Virus record (IMG/VR): IMGVR_UViG_3300031998_000057
Span: 1 to 64,000 of that record
Direction: 5' to 3' (one strand)
DNA: 64,000 nt
Source of the DNA: a virus
Taxonomy: Duplodnaviria > Caudoviricetes
This document shows, one piece after another, positions 8,705-17,087 of the stretch (position 1 is its first letter; the number at the start of each line of letters is the position of its first letter). The notes below the pieces were generated by a model. That model was not told where the DNA came from and made no database searches. It was given only the letters and a program-made list of their open reading frames with translations. A program made the translations under genes and the position numbers.

Positions 8705-8782
8705 TGGTGGGCCGTCAGGGACTCGAACCCTGATCTTCTCTGCTTTTGAGGCAGCTCCGTCTTCCCATTGCGGCAACGGCCC
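8705..8782 (-). tRNA. tRNA-Leu(CAA)-like with short variable region
   Basis: GGGCCGT/ACGGCCC-A-CCA, loop CT-CAA-AA, T loop TTCGAGT. Confidence 0.75.
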
Positions 8783-8849
8783 ATATCAGGCGGTTATTGT
8801 TCCACTATCAACTACTTACAGGGTCCTCTTACCCAAGCCGCCGTATTTC

Positions 8850-9032
8850 TTATGTGTGCGCCTCGCACGTTACCTTGTTGATCGTTCCCCATGTGGGCTG
8901 TATCGTCATAGGCACGAGCGGGCACATCCGCCCCGTTACCATGCACACCCCACACGCCAAGCGTGAAAAACAGCCCTGTGAGTAATCAACCGATGTTACG
9001 GTCGATGCCTCCGTCGCCTTTGTGCTGTCCAT
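8850..9032 (-). CDS. small Cys-containing hypothetical protein
   Basis: AGAGGTG RBS, 60 aa. Confidence 0.5.
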   Translation of the reverse strand: MDSTKATEASTVTSVDYSQGCFSRLACGVCMVTGRMCPLVPMTIQPTWGTINKVTCEAHT

Positions 9033-9063
9033 TCATCTCACCTCTTTTCCTTAACCCATCTTC

Positions 9064-9088
9064 ATTATACGGATTATTTTTTGGACGG
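9064..9088 (-). promoter_or_regulatory. class II motif CCGTCC-N13-TATAAT
   Basis: Upstream of the small ORF and RNA cluster. Confidence 0.6.
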
Positions 9089-9501
9089 CCTGAATACCAC
9101 CACCATGCTCGGAAACGGCGCGGAATTGTCGCTCCCGCCGAATTTCAGCCGCCCCTTGACGAATCGAACCTCCGCCTGCTTGTAGATGTAATCGTGGAAC
9201 CACCGCGTATCCGTCCGCGCAGGAAGCAGCATGACCACCGTGGCCCCGTTCTTCGCCGCTTCCCACGCTTTCGCTACCCATCGGCCTACCTCACGACCAT
9301 ACGGGGGATTGCACCAACAGCACCCCCCCAATTTTTGGAAAGTCCGTCGTCCTTCGGCGTGTAGTACCGCGCACACTTCGCGTTCTCCGGCAGCGCGGCC
9401 ACGTCAAGCGTGAAGTGAAACTCGGCGTCCAGCTCGTCGAAAAACGCCTGCGGTGTTTCCCATAAGCCCGTCGCGCTCGAAAACATCAAATCCGTGTTCA
9501 C
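9074..9501 (-). pseudogene. phage DNA N6-adenine methyltransferase (phage Dam family), frameshifted in a G7 tract
   Basis: WETPQ..FTLDVAA..DDGL in one frame; WCNPPYG..LLPARTDTRWF in the next; the break is at C7 9323-9329. Confidence 0.85.
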
Positions 9502-9794
9502 TTCTCGTGGCTCCGCTTCGCGCTGTGCAGGAAATCCATGATCTTGTCGCGCTCCTTCTCCAACACCTTGACCTGCTCCAACAGCTCGTCAGCACGGGAG
9601 TACAGAACCTCGCGCAGCCAACCAGGGATCTCTGCCGCACCCTCCAAAGACGGCACATAGCGTTTAAGTGACTTCAACGCCTGCCGGGTCACTACAAGGC
9701 CGTTGCAGCCTTCCACACGCCACCATTCGCTGCGTTCAGGATCACACTCGCCAAGCTCAATGATGAACTTGTCACCTTTCTTAAATTCTGCCAT
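9498..9794 (-). CDS. hypothetical protein
   Basis: 98-aa ORF with RBS. Confidence 0.6.
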   Translation of the reverse strand: MAEFKKGDKFIIELGECDPERSEWWRVEGCNGLVVTRQALKSLKRYVPSLEGAAEIPGWLREVLYSRADELLEQVKVLEKERDKIMDFLHSAKRSHEK

Positions 9795-9798
9795 GCCA

Positions 9799-10110
9799 TC
9801 AATCCCCTTCCATCGTTACCAATCCGTCTTCGTCCACGCTCACACCGAAAATCGCGCCGCCGTCAAACCCTACCGCAGCCAGGGCGTTCCGCCCCCGTAT
9901 CGCCGCGTTCCTGTCCTCAAATATGAACCGTACCTCCGACGGACACTGCGCACCGATCAGGCCCTCCTGCTCCGTCATCAGCTCGATCATCACGCCCAAC
10001 GCCAGCTTGTCCGCCCGACGCATCCGCAAGCCCTTCGCCGGAATACCTACCGCAAACGCAAAGCCTACACGCTCTCCATCCGCCAACCGCTTACCCCTCC
10101 TTCCTCTCAA
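9799..10110 (-). CDS. hypothetical protein
   Basis: ORF in operon; start uncertain. Confidence 0.5.
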   Translation of the reverse strand: MRGRRGKRLADGERVGFAFAVGIPAKGLRMRRADKLALGVMIELMTEQEGLIGAQCPSEVRFIFEDRNAAIRGRNALAAVGFDGGAIFGVSVDEDGLVTMEGD

Positions 10111-10309
10111 ACGCCGCGCAACCAGTCATCCCGCCAACCTTCTTCACCCACTTGCACCGAAAGCAGCAGTAACGGCAGATGTAATGCCCGCGCTTCTTCG
10201 GACACTCCCGCACCAATCCCTCGTGCCATTCATTCCCACACGCTTCACAGACCATCCGATGTGCGAAAACCTTCGCCTGCTTCTTCGCCATCCAATAGCC
10301 AACCCCCAT
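10091..10309 (-). CDS. Zn-finger-like hypothetical protein, first gene of the leftward operon
   Basis: CxxC..C..CxxCC..C..C. Confidence 0.55.
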   Translation of the reverse strand: MGVGYWMAKKQAKVFAHRMVCEACGNEWHEGLVRECPKKRGHYICRYCCFRCKWVKKVGGMTGCAAFERKEG

Positions 10310-11222
10310 TTCCCTTGTCCTGTTATTGATTATACTCAGCCTTTTTTACACACCCATAATCTGCCCCACACCTAACGCCCACCCGCTCCCTCGCCCCTAT
10401 ATACCTAAAAGCGCCCTGCCATCAACCCGGCAAGGCGCTCCTTTTCATCTGTAAACATACCCCCATACCCCACCAACTCAAAAAGGATATTTTTTATAAG
10501 CCCTAAAATCGGCTTTACACGCGCTTTGCACTTTTCAGACGCTAAAACCCACGGCAGACAAATCGAAAACGCAGGAGGGCATTGAAAACCACACGACAGA
10601 CGCTGCTGTAATGCAATGCGGCAACGCAAATGCGATTGTGCGGAATGACGCAGGGAATTGAGCGCGGAAATGAGCTGCGAGGTGGCAGGCTATTTTGCGA
10701 ATAATTGAGGATGGAAGCGGAAAGGCAAAAGCCGAATAATTGAGGAGCGGAATGAGCTACGCGCCGGAGGCGCGTCCTGGCGCGGCGGCTAACTGAAAAG
10801 GTGGGGGGCTGTGTTGCGATTATTGCCTATAATCGAAACATGAGCGCGGCAAACGCGGAGCGGGAGCGGGAGCGGCGCGGCTGATGCTCTGCGGCTGAGC
10901 TGGGCGCGGCATGATGCGCGGCGTGGTATCAAGGGAACACCGGCGGTGGGGTGATGGTTTCCGTTTCGCGGGTTTCCGCCTCTTTCGGTTTTCTGGCAAA
11001 AGGGGCTGCGGGTTTTCGCTCTGCTGGCGGATGGGCTGCGGGGCTGCGGCTGCTGATGCGGGTCCTGGCTCGGCTCGTTTTCGCTGGCTTCCGCTGCTTC
11101 ACGGTTGCGGGGCTTCCGCTATAATCCGCGCTATTATAATATCGACGCCGGGAGCATATCGCGCGCGCGCGAGGGCGGAGCGGCTGCGGGGGCTTGGGCG
11201 GGGCTGCGGGCGGGCATAAAGC

Positions 11223-11251
11223 AAGCCCGCCGGGGTTTTATTCCGGCGGGC
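11223..11251 (-). terminator. hairpin after the sigma-like gene
   Basis: AGCCCGCCGG..CCGGCGGGCT inverted repeat. Confidence 0.55.
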
Positions 11252-11278
11252 TGTGGTGGGCTGCTGCGTGGTGGGCGT

Positions 11279-12034
11279 TTATTTGGCGGCGGCGTATCTC
11301 TCGCGGATGGCCTTAATACGCTTGTCGACGGCCTGACGGCTGAGGTTGACGGCGGGCGCAATGCGGCGGGCGCTGTAGCCTGCGCCCAGGGCGGCGACGA
11401 TCCGCAAGTCGATATCGTCACGGCAGGCGCGGGTGATGCTGTCGCGGATGATGGCGGCGGCCTCCGGGCCGGGGGCAATGGGTTCCGCCGTTCCGCGGGC
11501 GCTGATGTCGATTACATCAAGCTCTTGGCCTTCTTCCGTGACGGTGTGCCGCAGGGCGCTGGCGTTCCGCTTCTCCGCTTCCCTGATGGCCTTTGCCGCT
11601 GCGACGATGGCGCGGCTTGTCATTCGGGCCAGGCTCATGTGCTGCTTGTCGGGGTTATCAAAATAGGCGGTATACAGCCTGATATACGCTTCATGAGCGA
11701 CGGCGGCGAGGTCGTCAGCAAGGCGGGCCGGGCAAACCCAGGTGAAAACGGGGGCCGCCGGGACCCGCTGACCGTTTTTAATGATCGTGCGGGCGTCGTC
11801 GATCCTGTACTCATGGCCGGTCATGCGCATGAGATAGTCATACCGCTCGTTTTCCGGCCAGCTTTCGAAAATCTCGCGGGGGCTGCGGCCGTCCTCCTCC
11901 CAGGCGAGGCGGAGCGCGGCGGCCAGGTTGACGCGGTAGCAGTCGCCCGGATGGGCGGCGGTGATCCTGCGGGCGATGGTATGAGCGCGGGCCATAACGC
12001 GGGCGGCGCGGGCGGTGTTGGTAGTCTTTTCCAT
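11279..12034 (-). CDS. phage ECF-like sigma factor
   Basis: Region-2-like DDL..AHEAYIRLY..; C-terminal HTH GYSARRIAPAVNLSRQAVDKRIKAIR; AAAGGAG RBS. Confidence 0.7.
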   Translation of the reverse strand: MEKTTNTARAARVMARAHTIARRITAAHPGDCYRVNLAAALRLAWEEDGRSPREIFESWPENERYDYLMRMTGHEYRIDDARTIIKNGQRVPAAPVFTWVCPARLADDLAAVAHEAYIRLYTAYFDNPDKQHMSLARMTSRAIVAAAKAIREAEKRNASALRHTVTEEGQELDVIDISARGTAEPIAPGPEAAAIIRDSITRACRDDIDLRIVAALGAGYSARRIAPAVNLSRQAVDKRIKAIRERYAAAK

Positions 12035-12100
12035 TTTTTATAACTCCTTTCGATGTGGGCGGCGGCGCTTCTGGCGCTGCCGTATCTTGATTACACTATG

Positions 12101-12129
12101 ATTATACCACGCTATCATTACATATTCAA
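12101..12129 (-). promoter_or_regulatory. consensus sigmaA promoter of the sigma-like gene
   Basis: TTGAAT-17bp-TATAAT with extended TG. Confidence 0.8.
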
Positions 12130-12167
12130 GCATTTTTTCGGCATTTTCCGAAAAAATTTTGCTCGGC

Positions 12168-12200
12168 GGTAGCCAAAACCGTTTTCCCCGGTTTGGTGTA
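12168..12200 (+). promoter_or_regulatory. class I motif GGTAGCC-N16-GTTTGGT
   Basis: Intergenic copy 1. Confidence 0.75.
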
Positions 12201-12267
12201 GGCGAGGACGAAAAACGACGGGCGGCGGCTGCGGCCCGGAAACAAAAAATCGAACGGAGGCAATACA

Positions 12268-12606
12268 ATGAATAAAATCAACGGCGCGGAGCTTATCGAA
12301 AACACAAGCGCGGCGGGCCGGAGGGCGGCGCGGGCTGCGGCGGCTGCGGCTGGCGCGGGCGGCTGGTCCTCTATCTGGGGCGCGTACAAGGAGCCCAGCG
12401 CGGAAAAGGTCCGGGCCTGGCGTGGCCTGGAGGCGCTGGCGGAGGCGCTGAACGCGGACAGCCTGCGGATCACGGCGGCGAACACTTTCAATTTCTCGGC
12501 GCTGATCCGTTTCCGCGTTGACGGTCGGGCGGCTGTCGGCTATATCACGCGGGACCACCGGCGCTTCGCCTGGGCGGAGGATGCGCCCGCGGCGGCGGCG
12601 GCCTGA
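12268..12606 (+). CDS. hypothetical protein
   Basis: GGAGG RBS, follows a class I motif. Confidence 0.7.
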   Translation: MNKINGAELIENTSAAGRRAARAAAAAAGAGGWSSIWGAYKEPSAEKVRAWRGLEALAEALNADSLRITAANTFNFSALIRFRVDGRAAVGYITRDHRRFAWAEDAPAAAAA

Positions 12607-12725
12607 ACAGGCAACGGAGCCCTGGCGGGGATCGGGATTTTTCCCGGTCCCCGTCTTTTTTTATTTGACGGGGCCGGGGCCGCGTGATAAAATATTTGAA
12701 CAGGCGAAAAATTTTTTTCGGCGCT

Positions 12726-12758
12726 GGTAGCCAAAAGCCGCCGCGCCGGTTTGGTGAT
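12726..12758 (+). promoter_or_regulatory. class I motif
   Basis: Copy 2, N16. Confidence 0.75.
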
Positions 12759-12777
12759 TGAAAAGGAGGCTGAACAC

Positions 12778-13056
12778 ATGGCGAAAGCGAGCGCGGCACG
12801 GATCAAGGCCAATCAGCGGTGGGACGCGCGAGCCTATGACAAGGCGCTGCTGCGGCTGCCGAAGGGAGCACTGGAACAGCTTAAAGCGGCGGCGTCTGAG
12901 GAGGGCGAAAGCCTGAACAGATATATTTTGATTGCCCTGGAGCGGCGGAGCGGCTTAAAGCTCACGCTTGACGGGGAGCTGCCTGGGCCGGGGCCGCGCG
13001 GCCCGCGAAAAGACTACAGAACAGCGGCGAAAAAGACCGGGGACGGCGAAAGCTGA
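12778..13056 (+). CDS. ribbon-helix-helix (Arc-like) DNA-binding protein
   Basis: YDKALLRLPKG..LKAAASEEGESLNRYI. Confidence 0.7.
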   Translation: MAKASAARIKANQRWDARAYDKALLRLPKGALEQLKAAASEEGESLNRYILIALERRSGLKLTLDGELPGPGPRGPRKDYRTAAKKTGDGES

Positions 13057-13080
13057 TCCCCGGAAATTTTTTTGTTTCGC

Positions 13081-13113
13081 GGTAGCCAAAACGAAAAACC
13101 CGTGTTTGGTGTA
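13081..13113 (+). promoter_or_regulatory. class I motif
   Basis: Copy 3, N16. Confidence 0.75.
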
Positions 13114-13159
13114 ATCGGGAAAACAAAACCCGATAATAAATTGAAGGGAGCTATAAAAC

Positions 13160-13444
13160 ATGGCAATAACAAACAATATGATTATTGAAAATGCCCGCGC
13201 AAACCTTATTTCCGATGGGCTGCTTGATCCGGCGCATGAAATCCATACTTTCCAGCGTTGGAAAGCGCTGGGCTACAGCGTGAAAAAGGGAGAACACGCG
13301 ATAGCAAAATTCTCGATCTGGAAGTACGGCGAGCGGCGGAAAAAGGCCGAGGACGGCGGCGAGGAGGAGATCGAGACCGGCGGCTGCTTTATGAAAACGA
13401 GCGCGTTCTTTTCGACGGCGCAAGTGGAGCCGCTGAAAGCGTGA
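13160..13444 (+). CDS. ArdC N-terminal-like ssDNA-binding (antirestriction-associated) protein
   Basis: TFQRWKALGYSVKKGE..IW..FF..QVE. Confidence 0.65.
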   Translation: MAITNNMIIENARANLISDGLLDPAHEIHTFQRWKALGYSVKKGEHAIAKFSIWKYGERRKKAEDGGEEEIETGGCFMKTSAFFSTAQVEPLKA

Positions 13445-13453
13445 GACGGAGAC

Positions 13454-13491
13454 GGGGCCGGGGGAGCTTTCCCCTGGCCCTTTATTTTTTT
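13454..13491 (+). terminator. Rho-independent terminator
   Basis: GGGCCGGGGGA-GCTT-TCCCCTGGCCC plus T tract. Confidence 0.75.
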
Positions 13492-13522
13492 GCCCTGACG
13501 CGGGGAAATTTTTTTCGGCGCT

Positions 13523-13555
13523 GGTAGCCGTTTTGAAAATTCCGCGTTTGGTGTA
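13523..13555 (+). promoter_or_regulatory. class I motif
   Basis: Copy 4, N16. Confidence 0.75.
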
Positions 13556-13590
13556 GGTGAAAGCAAACGAAAGAACAGGAGGCAATAACA

Positions 13591-13788
13591 ATGAAGATTG
13601 AACAGACGCAGGCATTCCGTTTAACCGTGGATCACATGGTTAAGCTGGGAAACGATCACAAATTTGACAAAGAGTTTCCATTTTCGGAGTTTTTGTCAAG
13701 GACTAAGACTCTGCGCGGCGCAGAGTTTGCGCGCAAGGCGGCTGCAAAAGCGAACCAACGTTTACGCTGCAAACTGTATGTTGCTTGA
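13591..13788 (+). CDS. hypothetical protein
   Basis: GGAGG RBS. Confidence 0.6.
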   Translation: MKIEQTQAFRLTVDHMVKLGNDHKFDKEFPFSEFLSRTKTLRGAEFARKAAAKANQRLRCKLYVA

Positions 13789-13797
13789 TGCTGGAGA

Positions 13798-13835
13798 CGG
13801 GGCTGGGGGATCATTCCCCAGCCCCTTTATTTTTT
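13798..13835 (+). terminator. Rho-independent terminator
   Basis: GGGGCTGGGGGA..TCCCCAGCCCC plus T tract; homologous to the 13454 terminator. Confidence 0.75.
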
Positions 13836-13928
13836 GCCCTGGCGCGGAAAATATTTTTCGGAACAGCTTAATTTTTACGCTTTCGCTGTTTGGTATAGAC
13901 GAAAGCAAAAACAAGAAGGCAATACACA

Positions 13929-14171
13929 ATGAAAATGTTTGCAAAAGCCGTTGAGGGAAAAGAGTTTATTTACAGCCGTGAAAGCGCTCACCAGGTAAGC
14001 GAGAGAAGCGCAAATATGATTTGCGCGGCGCTGAACGAAAAGCGCTGGGGGCTAAAAGACGGGCAAATCTGGCACGTCTACGATTGCGAATGGTACGAAC
14101 AGGAATACACCGGCGCGGCGTATCAATCTTTTGAACGGCGCAACGGCGGCCTGGTGGAGAGGATAATCTGA
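13929..14171 (+). CDS. hypothetical protein
   Basis: RBS plus ATG. Confidence 0.65.
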   Translation: MKMFAKAVEGKEFIYSRESAHQVSERSANMICAALNEKRWGLKDGQIWHVYDCEWYEQEYTGAAYQSFERRNGGLVERII

Positions 14172-14250
14172 ACACACGGAGCGCGGCGGGCCGGGGCAAT
14201 AATCCCGGCCGGGGCCGCGCCTGAACACAAAACGAACGGAGGAACGAAAA

Positions 14251-14415
14251 ATGAAAAATCTGCTGAGCATGATCGGCTTTGTTGCGTTTCTGTCCCTGCT
14301 GCCCCTGGGCGGCTGGATTGAGAACGACGGCGGCCTGCCTGCGCTGCTGACGGCGGCGGCGGTGATCCTTGTGCTGGCCGTGACGGTCTACGCGGCGAAC
14401 AGGACGAAAAAATAA
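14251..14415 (+). CDS. small two-helix membrane protein (54 aa)
   Basis: MKNLLSMIGFVAFLSLLPLGG..ALLTAAAVILVLAVTVYAANRTKK; GGAGG RBS; not in the ORF track. Confidence 0.6.
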   Translation: MKNLLSMIGFVAFLSLLPLGGWIENDGGLPALLTAAAVILVLAVTVYAANRTKK

Positions 14416-14426
14416 TTTCCCGCGTT

Positions 14427-14459
14427 GGTAGCCAAAGGCGGCCGCGCCGGTTTGGTGTA
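14427..14459 (+). promoter_or_regulatory. class I motif
   Basis: Copy 5, N16. Confidence 0.75.
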
Positions 14460-14498
14460 ATCGGGCGAGGCGATCCCCGCCTGAACACAATACATTGA

Positions 14499-15200
14499 AT
14501 GGAGGAACACAAAATGACGCACGAAAAGAGATACGAGCTTGTCTGTGAAATGCTGAGAGCCTACGACATGGCGAACGGCTACGATGCCGCGGAGCAAGTA
14601 ATCAAGAACGCGAGAGAATGGGCCGGGCATGGTACGCTTCCCTTTTATGGGGCTGCCGCTTCCCTGCTGGTGGAGGCGATGGAGGGCATGAACAAAACAA
14701 GGACTGGAACCGCACAGACCGCCGCACTGAACAGGATTTACAAATCCGCTTGCAGCATAGCAAGGCGGGGCTTTGATGGCGTTTTCCCGTCTGCTGGGCG
14801 CTGGGCGCTCTGCGACGGATACCGCTTTGTGCGCCTGAACGTCAAGCCTGAGAGCTATCCCGAACGGGAGAGTACAATCAACCTGGAGCAGGCGATCCCG
14901 GTGGCGAGCCGCTATTCTGAGACCGTGGAGCTTCCCACCGTGGCGGAAATCAAGGCGCATCTGGCCGACGTAAAATCCCGCTTTGGGCGCAAGTGGCGCA
15001 ACTATTCTGAGTCTCACATCGAGGCGCTTCCCGGCTGGTGGTGCAATCCCGAATACCTGCTGGACATGGTACAGGCGCTTCCCGGCGGAACGGCGCATCT
15101 TCCGAAGAACAGCATTTCCCCGCTCTACTATGAGAGCCCGGACGGGGATGCCCTGCTGCTTCCCTGCCGTCATCCCGTCACGGCGGCGGCTGCCGCCTGA
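14499..15200 (+). CDS. hypothetical protein; C-terminus weakly beta-clamp-like
   Basis: NPEYLLD..P..SPL..G.ALLLPCR. Confidence 0.6.
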   Translation: MEEHKMTHEKRYELVCEMLRAYDMANGYDAAEQVIKNAREWAGHGTLPFYGAAASLLVEAMEGMNKTRTGTAQTAALNRIYKSACSIARRGFDGVFPSAGRWALCDGYRFVRLNVKPESYPERESTINLEQAIPVASRYSETVELPTVAEIKAHLADVKSRFGRKWRNYSESHIEALPGWWCNPEYLLDMVQALPGGTAHLPKNSISPLYYESPDGDALLLPCRHPVTAAAAA

Positions 15201-15242
15201 GAGAACGTACAAGCCGCGCCGGGCGGGTCCCGGCGCGGCTGC

Positions 15243-15267
15243 CCGTCCGAAAATCCAACGGTATAAT
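15243..15267 (+). promoter_or_regulatory. class II motif CCGTCC-N13-TATAAT
   Basis: Intergenic, after a GC hairpin. Confidence 0.65.
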
Positions 15268-15287
15268 TCAGAACAGGAGGAAAAGAA

Positions 15288-15698
15288 ATGTTTGAGAATT
15301 GGCAATGGGTAATCGGCCCTGAAGGGTATCACGGCTTCGCAAAATCAGCGCTGAAGGACGGCGTATGCCCCTATACCGGCAAGACCGCCGCCGACTATGA
15401 GGCAGAGGGCTGCACAATCGTTTCGGAAGCGGAATTTGACCGCATTGCTGCCGAATATGAGCGCAGCTTGACCGATGACTGGAAGGAGATCACGGAGGAA
15501 CAGTACGAGGACGCGCTGAACGTGCTTCCCCCGCTGCAATGGTACGGCGGCGGCTTTTTCTGCATGGAGGCATATTTCAGCACCCTGCACAGCTTTTATC
15601 AAGAGGTGGACGGTAAATACTTCACTTCCCTGCAATCCGTCACGACGCCCCGCGCCGATATTATGAACAACCTTATGAAATGGAGGGAAAGCGCATGA
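15288..15698 (+). CDS. DUF1419-like protein
   Basis: EITEEQY..LNVLPP..W..F..E..GKY. Confidence 0.55.
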   Translation: MFENWQWVIGPEGYHGFAKSALKDGVCPYTGKTAADYEAEGCTIVSEAEFDRIAAEYERSLTDDWKEITEEQYEDALNVLPPLQWYGGGFFCMEAYFSTLHSFYQEVDGKYFTSLQSVTTPRADIMNNLMKWRESA

Positions 15699-15871
15699 GC
15701 GGCAAACGCTTCCGCCTTTGGGCGCTGCTGCAAAGCAATTTGGCCCTGAGTGACAAGATAGATCATGCCCGCGATCCTGAACACAAGGCGCGGCTGCAAC
15801 GGCACTATGACGAGATCGAGGCCGAAATCAAGATGATCCAAAACGTTTTACAGGAGGAGGTAAACACATGA
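15695..15871 (+). CDS. hypothetical protein
   Basis: ATGA-coupled ORF. Confidence 0.5.
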   Translation: MSGKRFRLWALLQSNLALSDKIDHARDPEHKARLQRHYDEIEAEIKMIQNVLQEEVNT

Positions 15872-16249
15872 AAACGATCAACGTCAATCCCCCTGGGGGA
15901 CTCGCAGCGGGAACAGTGGCACAGCGTCGTGAACATCCTGCGGCGCATGGGCGGCGATATGACCGCCGATGGCCGCGCCGGTCTCTGCGACGAGCTTGAC
16001 CGCTATATCGACTATGCCGAGGATATGCGGGAGGAAATCAAGGAACAGCCGGAGCCGGACGGCGCGGAGCAGTGCATGACCGCCGAGGATGCGCTGGCGA
16101 TCATGGAAAAGCACGTCGGCAACTGGCGCGGTTTGGAGCAGAAGGCCGCGCAGAACGGCGACTATCACGCCGCGCAGAGCTACGCGGATATGGCCTATGC
16201 TGGGGCCGCGCTGAAAGACGAGATCGAGCGCGAGCTTTATCACGGCTGA
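15868..16249 (+). CDS. hypothetical protein with an apparent frameshift at CCCCCTGGGGG (15889-15899)
   Basis: RBS and ATG at 15868 are out of frame with the protein-like ORF ending at 16249. Confidence 0.5.
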
Positions 16250-16264
16250 ACAGGAGGCGACCGC

Positions 16265-16435
16265 ATGAGAATAATCAAGGCGAACATGGAAAACGGCGAC
16301 TACATCATCACCCGCATCAACGTAGCGCCGGAAGAGATCGAAAAATACTATATAGGCAAGCCGTACATATACGAGGACCCGAACCGCGGTGAGACCGGGC
16401 GGACGCGCTTTGTGAGCGTTGAGTTTTTAGATTGA
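16265..16435 (+). CDS. small hypothetical protein (56 aa)
   Basis: GGAGG RBS; MRIIKANMENGD.. Confidence 0.55.
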   Translation: MRIIKANMENGDYIITRINVAPEEIEKYYIGKPYIYEDPNRGETGRTRFVSVEFLD

Positions 16436-16451
16436 AGGAGGAACACAAAAA

Positions 16452-16769
16452 ATGACTATTACGAGAGAGATCAACGGCAGCCCCGTCACGTTCGAGCTTT
16501 CGAGCGCCGAGCTTCGCGCCGCCTACTGCGAACAGCAAGCGCAGTTTGACCGTGAGGACGTGACGCTGATCCTGGACGAGTACGCCGACGATGGCGAGTC
16601 CGGGGAACAGGACTTCATCGACTACTACGGAGCGCCGATTGCCAAAGCCCACGAGCTTCTGCCGCAGATAGTCGAAAAATACCGCGATATCCGCGACGAC
16701 GGCGAATGCGCCCTGTCCTGGCGCGAGGCCGTGGACATGGCATTGGAATATTGGCTGAAGGAGGCTTGA
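16452..16769 (+). CDS. acidic hypothetical protein
   Basis: RBS plus ATG. Confidence 0.65.
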   Translation: MTITREINGSPVTFELSSAELRAAYCEQQAQFDREDVTLILDEYADDGESGEQDFIDYYGAPIAKAHELLPQIVEKYRDIRDDGECALSWREAVDMALEYWLKEA

Positions 16770-16776
16770 GAACACG

Positions 16777-16968
16777 ATGCCGCCTTATGAACAGCTTGCC
16801 GCGCAGCTTTGCGGCGCGATCCGAACCTTTTCCGAGCGCCCGGAGGCATTGGATAACTTTGAAAGCTATCTGTCGTACTGCTTCCCCTGCTGGTGGGAGA
16901 AGTGGGTGAACACGCCGGACGGCTTGGCCGCAGAGCTTGAGCACTTCGCAAACATGGAATTTTCGTGA
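16777..16968 (+). CDS. hypothetical protein
   Basis: RBS plus ATG. Confidence 0.6.
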   Translation: MPPYEQLAAQLCGAIRTFSERPEALDNFESYLSYCFPCWWEKWVNTPDGLAAELEHFANMEFS

Positions 16969-16974
16969 ACAGGA

Positions 16975-17007
16975 GGTAGCCAAAACGCCGCATTACAGTT
17001 TGGTGTA
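16975..17007 (+). promoter_or_regulatory. class I motif
   Basis: Copy 6, N16. Confidence 0.75.
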
Positions 17008-17015
17008 TGCGGGGC

Positions 17016-17044
17016 TTGAAACACAGCCCCGCTTATGCTATGAT
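17016..17044 (+). promoter_or_regulatory. sigmaA-type promoter
   Basis: TTGAAA-17bp-TATGAT with TG extension, in tandem with class I copy 6. Confidence 0.6.
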
Positions 17045-17087
17045 ACTTTATAGGACTTTTGAACACATCGAAAGGAGCAAAACACAC

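Noticed and set aside
10405-11219. ORFs 10405-10629 and 10911-11219
   Set aside because: Low-complexity skewed sequence, no RBS, implausible composition
13861-13897. Eleventh full class I promoter
   Set aside because: Only the GTTTGGTATA half is present; no GGTAGCC at the expected spacing, so counted as a half site
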